This document shows, piece after piece, positions 12,586 to 22,955 of a stretch of 64,000 nucleotides of DNA. The notes beneath the pieces are model-generated. The model was not told the DNA's origin and made no database searches. It worked only from the letters and a program-made list of their open reading frames with translations. Source of the DNA: Selaginella moellendorffii (Eukaryota > Plantae > Lycopodiophyta); the NCBI RefSeq assembly GCF_000143415.4, contig NW_003314385.1:91296-155295 (forward strand), given 5' to 3'. The stretch's first letter is position 1, and every line of letters begins with the position of its first letter. A program made the position numbers and the translations under genes.

Positions 12586-12965
12586 CTCTTCTCTCTTCAG
12601 CCCTAGGTAGCGCAACGTGGCAAACAAAGGGGATGGATGGGGTATGTTATTTCTCACAGGGCCGAGAGCTCTTGGAGCTCTTGTTATCTTCTCTATAGCT
12701 TTTTGAAAGTGGCATATACCCGCAGGATATTCTCTTCCGCAATTCTTTCCCAGCTGGTGGGACGTCTATGTCTTGTCAGCTGGCACAGGGGCTTATCACG
12801 AGCCCGATCTGGGGAGACCTTCGTCTCCCAGTGCTAGGCCAGCGGAGGACTCACTCACCCTTTGGATCAGATCGATGGAATGGTGGTAAGCAGCGCATAG
12901 ATCTATCGAACTAGATCGCAGAGGCAGGGTGTGGAAGTAGCGGGCGCACCTGCATTTGGCACAGG

Positions 12966-13859
12966 ATGAACGATCTTCTGGGTGGTGATGGTGGCGCCGA
13001 TTTGGAGGCAGGGCAGCAGCGCCAGCCGGAGCATGGGAGTGACAAGCTGCTGGGCCGCTTCTTCGACGAGGTGGGGAAGATCAAGAGCGACATGGAGAGG
13101 CTCAAGATGCTGCTGGGCAAGCTACAGGCCGCGCACGAGGAGAGCAAGACGATCCACAAGGCCAAGGCGATGAAAGCTCTCCGGCAGCGCATGGACAAGG
13201 ACATTGAGGAGGTTCTCGTCAAGGCCAAGCTCATCAAAGACGAGATCCAGAAGCTGGATAGATCCAACATTGCCAGCCGCCAAGTTGGCGGATGCGAGGA
13301 AGGGACGCCCACGGACAGGACGAGAACGGTGATCACGGCTAACCTCAAGAAGAACCTCCAGGACGTGATGGCCGAGTTCCAGAAGCTGCGGCACAAGATC
13401 ACGGGGGAGTACAGAGACACGCTCATCCGGCGCTTCTTCACCGTGACGGGGAAGAAGCCCGACGACGAGACGGTGGACTACATCCTCGAGACTGGAGAGA
13501 GCGAGAGCTTCTTGCAGCGGGCGATCCAGGACCAGGGGCGAGGCCAGATTGTGGAGACGATACGAGAGATCCAGGAGAGGCACGACGCGGTGAAGACGAT
13601 GGAGAAGAACTTGCTGGAGCTCCAGCAGATCTTCCTCGACATCTCGGTGCTGGTGGAGTCGCAGGGAGAGCAGCTAAACAGCATCGAGCACCAAGTCCAC
13701 CGCGCGGCAGCGTACGTGGAGCAAGGGGCGGGGAGCCTCCGCGGCGCCAGGAAGATCCAGAGGAGCAGCCGCAAGTGTATGTGCATTGCCATCGTTTTGC
13801 TCCTCGTTGTCATCCTCGTCGTCGCAGCTCCGGTCATCTTTAAGCTCAAGAAGAATTGA
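12966..13859 (+). CDS. Qa-SNARE syntaxin, SYP1 group (SYP12-like), intronless
   Basis: MNDLL start, Habc helices, DRTRT, RRFFTVTG, GESESFLQRAIQDQGRGQ, EIQERHDAV SNARE motif, C-terminal TM helix. Confidence 0.93.
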   Translation: MNDLLGGDGGADLEAGQQRQPEHGSDKLLGRFFDEVGKIKSDMERLKMLLGKLQAAHEESKTIHKAKAMKALRQRMDKDIEEVLVKAKLIKDEIQKLDRSNIASRQVGGCEEGTPTDRTRTVITANLKKNLQDVMAEFQKLRHKITGEYRDTLIRRFFTVTGKKPDDETVDYILETGESESFLQRAIQDQGRGQIVETIREIQERHDAVKTMEKNLLELQQIFLDISVLVESQGEQLNSIEHQVHRAAAYVEQGAGSLRGARKIQRSSRKCMCIAIVLLLVVILVVAAPVIFKLKKN

Positions 13860-13908
13860 TCTATCACACCAAGATTGCTTGCTTGGTTTCACTCCATGAA
13901 TATTACAA

Positions 13909-16429
13909 CTATCTGGCTGTGTTCATCCTTTTGAGAGCGACATAAGCCAGGATCCTGTAGCCGACGACCATGAGGAGCAGAGCAAACACGTCCTCCATTG
14001 GACCGGCCTCGTTCAGGTCCACGTCAGCCATTACTCGCGCCGAGGCAATGCTTTTGCAACCCGTTGCGCTGAGGCAGTCGTAGACCTGGGAGCGACTATA
14101 CTGCACCTTGATCAACAGCCTAAAGGCGTAAAAAGTGTAGGAAACGTACTTGATCCACTTCACAAATGATGCCAGGCCCTGCTTGGATCATCACGCAACG
14201 TTATATCGTGAAAGAGGTTAAAACTTTCAAGGCTTACGTGAGTGAAAAATCCACCCGTGAGCATGAAAATGAGGAGAAGGATTGATGCCAGAGTTGTTGC
14301 ATGCTTTGTGTCCATCATCGCGGCACCGATGAACAGACCAAGCCCCTGCAAGGACATATAAGATCAATCGCTGTGCTCTTCCAAGTGCGTCAAGTTTTCT
14401 CACCTCAGCGGCAATGACAATGAGGAAGAGGCTGAGGAGTGTAAGCAGGAAAGCCCCCACGGTGAGTTTCAAATGCGCCATGAAGTATGTGATGAGCAAG
14501 AAGACCAGCGGCAACACCAGGTTGAGCGGAAGATCACCGAGTGTTCTACTCATGAAATAGGAACTCAGCCTGTACATGTCAGACGCTCTTTCCTTCGCGA
14601 TCATGGCTCGTTCTTGAGGGAATGTGTAGATGGCCACGAAAATGGGGAAGTAGGCCCAATAAATGGAGATAAAGAAGATCAGCCCAACCTGATGGGTTCA
14701 TCTCCATGAGTTACTTAGTGCATGATAGATTGAATTGCTCACCTGGTCTTGTAAGTGTTTTTCCGAGTCGGCGCTTGAGTGCCACCACACGAGGCCGGCT
14801 ACGACCGCCGAGACAAGAACTTGAAACACCCTCAACCAGCTCAGGTACTCGTGCCGCCTCTCTTTGAATCCGCGGCTCATAAGCACCAAAAACTGCTGCC
14901 ACCACCCGATGCTCCACTCGCGCCTTGGCGGGAGGATCACGTCCTTTGCATGGGGCGGAGAATCAACACTGCTGTCCCTAAATGCTACCTCGGAGCTGAA
15001 GCACTCCACCAGATACTGCAAAGCACAGACCCCCGTGACTTACAAGATCAATGGAAACTCTAATGTGGAAAACTTACTTCTTGCACTGCAAGCTCGGGAG
15101 GCTTTCCTACTTTGCTATCACCTTTGCTTTGTATAAGCTTAATCTCTAGCTCTGGGGGGATGGACGTGTCACTGATGTTACCATTGGCGAGATCTAACAG
15201 GAAGTCCGCTGGATTCATAAGCAGCGATGCGTTGAGGCCGATGGAGCTGAAGTACGGCAGAGCATCCTGCCCTCTTCCGAAGAAGATAGCGTGGCCATTT
15301 GAGAGGAGGAGGAGATTATCAAACATATGGTAAAGCCGGCTAGAGGGCTGATGAATTGTTGTGATGACTGTTCGTCCAGCCTGACAATTGGTGGTTAGAC
15401 TTTTCCTCAATGAATGAAGGGATCAATTCTACAATACCTGAGCAAGCCCATGTAACAATTGCAGGATCCTTAAAGCAGTTGTAGAGTCGAGGCCAGAAGT
15501 TGGCTCATCCAGAAAGATTATGGATGGATCAATCAGAATCTCCTGCCCGATGCAAACCCGTTTTCTTTCACCGCCTGATACACCACGCTCGAAAGGCCCT
15601 CCAATTATCGTGTCCTTGCACCTGCATTGCAAATTGCCAGTTAGCAAGGGTTAGCGAGAGAGGGAGAGTAGAACTCTCGCGAGCTAAGATCTTTCTTACT
15701 TATCAAGGCCCAGCTCTAGGATGATACTGTCTGCCCGCTGAATCTTTTCTTGCCTCGAGAGTTTCTTGGGCAGCCTGAGCAAAGCTGCATAGCGGAGCGT
15801 TTCTTTCACTGTCAAGTGCATGAACAGCACGTCATCCTGTGTCACGAAACCCATTCTGCCCCAAATCAAATGCTTGGTGTTTTCAAACCATAGGCATTAC
15901 TTTCACTACCTATGGAAAAGAAAATCTAGAGCCTAGGCTTTTGAAAGTTTAGTACCTTCGCTTGAGTGCCTTGGTGTAGCCCATGTCATTGTAGGTGATC
16001 GATCCAGAATGTAAATTTGTTTGCGATCTTCCAGCTAAAAGACTGAGCAGTGTGGTTTTACCACTCCCGGAAGGACCCATCATCGCTAGAATCTGACCGG
16101 GTCCAACAGCGCCAGATACTCCATGAAGGATTTCCTTTCCAACAATATTGGAGGAACCACGGCACAAGGTTGAAGTCTTGAATCGGATGTTGCATCGAAC
16201 ATCCACAAACTGTGCGAGAGGATCCAACGATTCAATGATCAGATGAGAACAACACGAAATAGACTACCTTCAAATAGATTGGAATCACAACGCTCTTGAT
16301 GTCCACGGAACAGTGTTGGGGAGCTACTTCCACTTCACACATACATGCAGGATCCTTTGTCTTGATCTTGATCTCACCCAATGAGATTTCTTGATGATCC
16401 ACACATGATTGCCTGGGAGGAAGAGCCAT
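13909..16429 (-). CDS. Half-size ABCG transporter (ABCG22/26/27-like)
   Basis: PIYLKF, Walker [66 protein letters not shown]. Confidence 0.9.
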
Positions 16430-17017
16430 GCCAATTGTAATGTATCTCCAGAGCTAACTGGAGACATGCACAAGAGCCCTAATTCGGTTTGCAAAGGCAA
16501 ATATAAACACTGACGGTTGGCCGTCAAATTTCCGCCGCTCAAAAATGAAATCGAACACCTGTACCCGCCTTTCGTTATCAACGGCCACTCACAAATATTC
16601 CAAATTCCAAACTTAGTGGTCGATGGAGGCAATCTAAGATCGATCGCCCAAAAACAGCAGATACTTTCCAGATTCTACATATTTCTTTTGTGCTCCCAGC
16701 AGCCGCACTCACATGCCGCCCTTCCCGCAAAATCTCCTTTAGATCATGAAAGTTCCAGAGCTTCTTCCAGATGTTGCTCTTGTGATGGTCTCTTTTAATC
16801 ATTCTAGAGCAATCATGCTTCCAAGTCCATGAAATGGCCATCCCATATGCCTTTATTGGGAATCTTGTTCCGTGTGGCATCCTCCAAGCATATTCAGACA
16901 CCAGGTATCTACCATATGCCCAAGGATGGCATGGAGATTTGGATATGCCCACAAAGGTCATATTGATGATTTACATCAGGCAAGGAGGCAAGAGGGAGAA
17001 ACAATGAGAAAAAAAAC

Positions 17018-19000
17018 TCATCTCATCTCATCTAACAACGTCGCCTGCGCAATCACCTGGTTGATCACGCCATCCACAATCTCTCTTCTCAGCTCTCCAA
17101 AGAGTGCCGCAACTTCCTCATGCAGCAGCTGGAGTGACTCGTCACCACATCCGGCAGCCCGGTAAAGAACGCCCATCTTCGACAGCGTCTCGAAGTTCCC
17201 GGGAGCAGTCTCGTGCAGGATTCTCAAGTAGTCGCCAGCGCTTGGAAGCTCCGGATGCTTGAGCACGCAGACCGCAGAGTAACGCTCCACCTGTGCCGCA
17301 CGGATGCAATCCTTCTCCTCGTCGCTGAAACCCCTCGCAGTCATCCTCTTCTCCAAGTCCAAAACTTCGTCGAGGGTCTTCTGCGCGTCACCTCGACGAC
17401 GATCATAGAACTTAAAGCTGGCGACAAGATCCTTGTTCGTCCTCTCCAAGACGCACCGCTTGCAAGAGCACTCAAAGTCGAGGCGCTTGCACTTCACCTC
17501 CCGCGCCGGCAACGGAGCCAAGAGCAGTGGTTCCATGCTCCCAGTCGCCTCGAGATAAGATAGCAGAACCTCGTCACCGGCACTCATGTTCCTGGCAGCC
17601 CGGATGAACATCACGCGTCCGAAGCACACCTTGGAGGCATTGGGAGTGCACGAGTGATTGAAAAAGCCGCTCGAGGCCCAGACTCCGGCGATCCAGGCAT
17701 CTCCGGCCTGGGTGGTGAAGCCGCACCGGTGGCCAACTCGTCTCACTCGCTCGATATCCACCTCCTCAACTTTCGATCCCGGCGGTACCACAACTCTTCC
17801 AATGTTGCACTTGAAGCGATCCAAGTCCGGTACCGTCGTCATCTTGCTCGCGTCCGCCATCGCATAGATGTGGTACCGTGGCCTGCTGGAAGTGCTGCAA
17901 GATCGTATCAGCTCCACGTACAAATCCCTGTCCGCGTTCTCGATCCTCGGAGTCTTCACGTACGCAGTCGGGTTGCAAACGATGAGCAGCTCCCCCCGCC
18001 TTACGTCCCGAGTGAGATACACACCTCTTCCTCGACCGTCCGGAGTCATCCTCAGCTCCAGAGGTCCGAAGTAGTCACTACACTCGGGTTCCACCTTCCG
18101 GCCCAGCACGAAGTCCGTGATATCGTACTCACCGTCCCGGCTCTCCCGCAAGTAAGTCCTGGATCTCTCCAAGTCGATCGAGACGTCAGGCGGAGCGTCC
18201 GGCAGCGCCACAGCCGACCGGAAGCACGGAAGTGCGAGCTCGTGCTCCTGGAGCGCGGTCAGGCTCTTGCCTTTGCACCACAGGCTCCGTGCATGGTGGC
18301 TATCGGACGCCCCCGGGATCTTGGTGGCGGTCTCGGCGTCCACAAAGGCCTCCTCGTACCGTCGCAGCCGGAGCCTCGCCTCGGCTCTCCTGGAGAAGAC
18401 TTGCTTCTCCAAGACACCGTAAGTTGGAGCTCCGCTCTTGGCTCTCATGTCCAGCAGCTCGGTGTAGTACAGCTCGGCCAGCACGTAGCTCCCTCGACTG
18501 AGCAACGCGTTGGCTTCCTTGAGGAGCCTCCCGAGCGGCTTGGCGCTGGCGGCTCTCGCGAGTCCCAGGAACTCCACGGATGCGGGGCTGGAGACTTGCA
18601 GCGCGGACGAGAAGCACAGCGGCTCTTTGATGGCAACTCTGGCATTTGGCGGAAACAAGAGCTCGCCATCTTCCTGCCTCGAGGTGGAGGCGACGGCATT
18701 GAAGACGTGCAGCAGCGCACAGCCGCGGTCGTTTCCACCGTCCTCCTCCTGCTCCACGAGGCACAGCACCGCATTGGCGGCCGGGAGAGCTGCGGAGGTG
18801 CATATCTTAGCATACACTACGCGACCGTGATAGCAAACCTCGCGGCTGAGGCACCGGGTTCCAACGCAGGCGTCCACCATGTCCAGCTTCCTCAGCCCTG
18901 GCAGCGGCGCCGATGAGAGCTTGCATCCATCGCTCATCGCCGTGCCGGTGGCATTGGGCACGGCGGCCTTGAACGCGCGCAGCAGCACCTCCTTATCCAT
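17018..19000 (-). CDS. TPR + SET-domain protein (ATXR1/SDG35-like) with extra N-terminal domain, intronless
   Basis: 660-aa ORF; TPR helices (SRRAEARLRLRRYEEA), GRGRGVYLTRDV, FFNHSCTPN, AARNMSAGDEVLLSY, post-SET FECSCKRC. Confidence 0.85.
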   Translation of the reverse strand: MDKEVLLRAFKAAVPNATGTAMSDGCKLSSAPLPGLRKLDMVDACVGTRCLSREVCYHGRVVYAKICTSAALPAANAVLCLVEQEEDGGNDRGCALLHVFNAVASTSRQEDGELLFPPNARVAIKEPLCFSSALQVSSPASVEFLGLARAASAKPLGRLLKEANALLSRGSYVLAELYYTELLDMRAKSGAPTYGVLEKQVFSRRAEARLRLRRYEEAFVDAETATKIPGASDSHHARSLWCKGKSLTALQEHELALPCFRSAVALPDAPPDVSIDLERSRTYLRESRDGEYDITDFVLGRKVEPECSDYFGPLELRMTPDGRGRGVYLTRDVRRGELLIVCNPTAYVKTPRIENADRDLYVELIRSCSTSSRPRYHIYAMADASKMTTVPDLDRFKCNIGRVVVPPGSKVEEVDIERVRRVGHRCGFTTQAGDAWIAGVWASSGFFNHSCTPNASKVCFGRVMFIRAARNMSAGDEVLLSYLEATGSMEPLLLAPLPAREVKCKRLDFECSCKRCVLERTNKDLVASFKFYDRRRGDAQKTLDEVLDLEKRMTARGFSDEEKDCIRAAQVERYSAVCVLKHPELPSAGDYLRILHETAPGNFETLSKMGVLYRAAGCGDESLQLLHEEVAALFGELRREIVDGVINQVIAQATLLDEMR

Positions 19001-19320
19001 TGCACCCAAGCTCTAGGGTTTATGCCACGTCACACGAAAGCATATTCCCAGGATTTTACCTACATTCTTTTCTCAAGGGGTGAATCTCCATCCGCGACCA
19101 ACGGTCGCAACGGCTACCACGTGTTGTTTGTCTGTTGGCCACAGCAACTAAAGCGTAAGCGTTAATGTGGGTTTTTAGCGCATATTCTGTCGCATTCACA
19201 CACGCAACACTTGAGCTCCTGCCAAGGGAAAAAGGGAGGGACGCAAACGCCCAACGAGCTCCAGTTTTTTTAGGTTTGCGCGTTGCCAAGATCGATCCGG
19301 CTGCGCCGACGGAGGTGTAA

Positions 19321-22145
19321 ATGGCGCCGATCTGGTCGGCGGCGCTGCCACTGCTGCTTCTTCTTCGTCACACCATAGGTAGGCGCGCGCCGGTGATTCT
19401 TTGTTCCTTGATCTCTTCCATAGTTCCGGGGCATAGCATTCCTGCTGCATTCTCATCTTGTTCCAGACTGGTCTCTAACGCCTCCAGGAGAGAGCAGGAT
19501 ATCACGGTGTGGCACTCGATCCGGATCAAGTGGTAGCAGCGCACCGCCGACCTTGGCTGCTTGAGGAAATCGACCAGGGCCACCATCCTCCGGGTGTAGG
19601 ACATCACCCTCCTGGGGTGGGGCATCATCCTCCGGGCGTTGGACACCATCCTCCCGGTGTTGGACACCATCCTCCCGGCGTTGGACATCATCCTCCTGGT
19701 GTCGGTCACCATCTCCCCAAGCGTAAGTCTGATTAGCTTCTCTTGGCAGCAATGTAGATCCACTCATGCGTGAATTCATGCTCTACAGCCTCGTCGCTAG
19801 CTCGGGCATTTGTGGCATTGCAAGCCTGGAAGCGCATGATCTTTCGCGACCCGCTAAACATTACCGGGAGCTGGGTGGGCAGCGAAGTATGTAACTACAG
19901 AGGTGTCTTTTGCGGGCCTTCTCTCCACGACCCTACACTCCGCGTTGTGAGTGGGATGTACGTGTACATGTAGACCATGCTTGCGCGGTATTTCACTGAC
20001 CTTTTGATGCGTTGCTTGTTATTCCAGTGATCTGAATCACGCCAATCTTGGTGGTCAACTCCCCAGTGAACTGGGACTTCTGACCGAGCTCGGTATCTTG
20101 TGAGTGTGGTAAATTCATCCACCGTCCAAGAGTTCTTGCTTATCTTTTTCTTTTCCTTGTCCAGTCATGTGAACAGCAACGAATTTACAGGGGGGCTACC
20201 CGAAAGTCTGAAAAATCTCGTTCTCCTTGGAGAACTGTAAGCATTTGCGGTTTAGCTGTTGGTCTTGACGTTAATATTTTTACAGGGACGTAAGTAACAA
20301 CAAGCTGTCTGGAGTATTTCCTGCTGTTACTCTGCAATTGCCAAGTCTTATATATCTGTAAGTTGACACTTTTTCTTCGATATGATATGTAAGTTTGGTA
20401 CTTTTGCAGGGATATAAGATTCAACCGGTTTTATGGAAGCATACCCGCAGAAATCTTTGATAAGAAGCTGGATGCACTGTAAGTTACTATACTGCAATTA
20501 TCTGAGACAGGACTTGACGTTTGCTGTCTTCAGCTTTGTCAACAACAATAACTTCGGAAATCCTATCCCGGCCAATTTCGGAAACTCTCCAGTTTCTGTT
20601 GTGTACGTGTCCTGTTGCACATTTTTTATGCTAAAACAATTTGTTCTGTTGCTGTCATGCTGTAGGGTCCTCGCCAATAACCAGTTCACTGGAGATATTC
20701 CGAATAGCTTAGGAAGCATGTCGAGGACATTAAATGAAATGTGAGTGACGACGAAATGTCGACCATACTGCGCCTGATCCTTGGAGTTCTATTGCAGAGT
20801 ATTTCTCAACAACAGTCTCGCGGGTGCCCTACCATCAGAAATCGGACTTTTGAATCAAGTATCTGTATTGTAAGATGTTTGTTTTTTGTTTCGAAGTTTC
20901 TAATACCTGCTCCTGTGTGAAGTGACGTGGGCTTCAACAAACTAAGTAGCAGTTTGCCCGACAGCATCGCGAACATGGTTGAGCTGGTTGAATTCAACGT
21001 CGGAAACAATCTCCTCTCCGGAATTCTGACTGACAATGTCTGCAACTTGCCGAAGATAAGAAATCTGTGAGTTTCGCTAAACGGTCTTGTATGTATGTTA
21101 GTAAACCTTTTGTGTGTGCAGGACCTTGTCTAACAACTACTTCATTGGGGAGAGTCCCTCGTGCGCGTCTCTATCAAGACGAGGGTATGCATCGCACTCG
21201 TTCATGTTGTTTTTTGCGTGACGCAATTTGTTTTTGCAGTGTGACGGTAAGTACGAGTGGGAACTGTTTCTCAAGTCAGAGTGGCCAGAAGTCAGGCAAA
21301 GAATGCAGAGATTTCTACGGTAAGCTCGTTAGGAAGTTATGCGGATTGTGCTAACTCTTGTTTTTCTTCTTCTTCTTCGCTCTCAGCTCCACCTCCACCT
21401 TCAGCACCAGCTGCTCCACCGGTGGGAACACCCCCACTATCTCCGACACCTCTCCCTCCTAGCCCGATATTTTTTCCACCTCCAACTCCACTGGCACCAT
21501 TCGGCTCTCCACCTCCACCGTCACCAATCGGCTCTCCTCCACTATCTCCGACACCTCTCCCTCCTAGTCCGATTTTATTTCCACCTCCACCTCCACCGTC
21601 ACCAACCGTTTCTCCTCCTCCAGCATCCTGTCCATCGGGATATAGCAGGGGTCAAAATTCGGGACATTGCTTCCAGCTTGTGAAGCAGCATGCAACCTGG
21701 AGCAATGCCGAGAAATATTGCGCACAACATGGGGGTCACTTGGCAGCAGTGACGGATTTTAACGAACTCAAGGACATCGGCGACTTTTGCAGCCAGGCTC
21801 CCCCGAATCAAGGTAAGCACGTAGACTGTCTCGTTCGATATTTCTAACAGGAATTATCCTCTTGCAGCATTGGTGGATCCTTATAGTCCTAAAGGTCAAG
21901 GATGTTATCTGGGAGGCCAGAAAGCGAACGCCTCCTGGATCTGGCCGAGTTCTCCATGCATCAACTTCAACAGCAGTTACTGGAACTTCTTGGAGCCGAA
22001 TAACTTGTATGGAAACGAAAACTGCACGTCCATAAAGTATGAGCCCCCAATCTTGCGAGCCTCGGCTTCTTCACTAGCATACATGCTCAACGATCTATTC
22101 TGCGAACACGAGCTTCCGTTCGTATGCGCACCAACAAGATGCTGA
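19321..22145 (+). CDS. Secreted LRX-type LRR protein with His/Pro repeat, Pro-rich linker and C-terminal C-type lectin domain
   Basis: Manually spliced open frame: signal-like MAPIWSAALPLLLLL; (HHPPGVG)6; LARAFVALQAWK..DPLNITGSWVGSEVCNYRGVFC; DLNHANLGGQLPSELGLL and further LRRs; NC..QKS..EC; SP-rich region; CTLD CPSGY..WSNAEKYC..GGHLAAV..EPNN..ENC..LNDLFC..FVC. The first intron acceptor is the least certain junction. Confidence 0.85.
19578..19713 (+). repeat. 21-bp coding tandem repeat (HHPPGVG x6)
   Basis: Six units that differ only at third codon positions. Confidence 0.9.
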
Positions 22146-22231
22146 GCCCGAGACTAAAAAGTTACGTTTTATATAAAATACAGCCCGGCCAAGTCCTCCC
22201 AGGTAAACAGAAAGAACACAATCGAAGCGTT

Positions 22232-22912
22232 TTAACTGCTTTCATCTTTTGCAGCATTGGCAGCAACATCACCAGCAGCAGCAGTAGCACGCAGCGCTTT
22301 TCTCAAGCCGAGCACTATAAACAGATTCGTGACTGTAAGGAAGGATTCGGCACCGCCGTGAAGCCAATCAACGTTCGAGAGAGATGTGCCGTAGTGAACT
22401 TTGGCTGCATAGCAACACACAGAGTTCGTCATCAAATCGTGGATATAAGGCTTTCGCATTTGCGAGCGTACCATAGATGCCAGCAGGAACTGTGGTAGCA
22501 CAGAAGCGGTTCCAAAGACGTACATATGTTGCAAGTTAGTTAGATCCACAACCAAAACAAGACGAGAAGACTTACTTGTAGCTGCGACGAATGCGAGTAG
22601 AAAGTAGAAGCCAAAGAGGGTGAGCTGGGGCGCAGTCTTGGACTTGGTAAGGTGATAGAGGAAGCCGAGATACGGGAAGAGCGATGCAGCAAACAGCTGA
22701 GACGCCAGGCTCTGTGAATTGACGCCACCGGGAGACCAAGGATCCACCACAGTCGCAGCAGTAGCAGCGACACTAGAGGCCGCGAGCTCCACCAATTCAG
22801 TAGCACCTGTTGCTGCTGTCAATCTTCCGGGCCTGCGATTGCGAAGACGGCCATTGGGATGCAAACCCGTTGTCGCTGGAGGAGGAGCTCCCGTGAATGC
22901 TATCACCACCAT
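22232..22912 (-). CDS. DUF3593 plastid membrane protein
   Basis: LFAASLFPYLGFLYHLTK..LFGFYFLLAFVAAT|IPAGIY|AKVHYGTSLSNVDWLHGGAESFLTVTNLFIVLGLR; transit-peptide-like N-terminus. Confidence 0.85.
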   Translation of the reverse strand: MVVIAFTGAPPPATTGLHPNGRLRNRRPGRLTAATGATELVELAASSVAATAATVVDPWSPGGVNSQSLASQLFAASLFPYLGFLYHLTKSKTAPQLTLFGFYFLLAFVAATSKSSRLVLVVDLTNLQHMYVFGTASVLPQFLLASMVRSQMRKPYIHDLMTNSVCCYAAKVHYGTSLSNVDWLHGGAESFLTVTNLFIVLGLRKALRATAAAGDVAANAAKDESS

Positions 22913-22955
22913 CGTCCTAAACCAGATAGGTAAGTAGAGACTGACTGTCTCCCCT

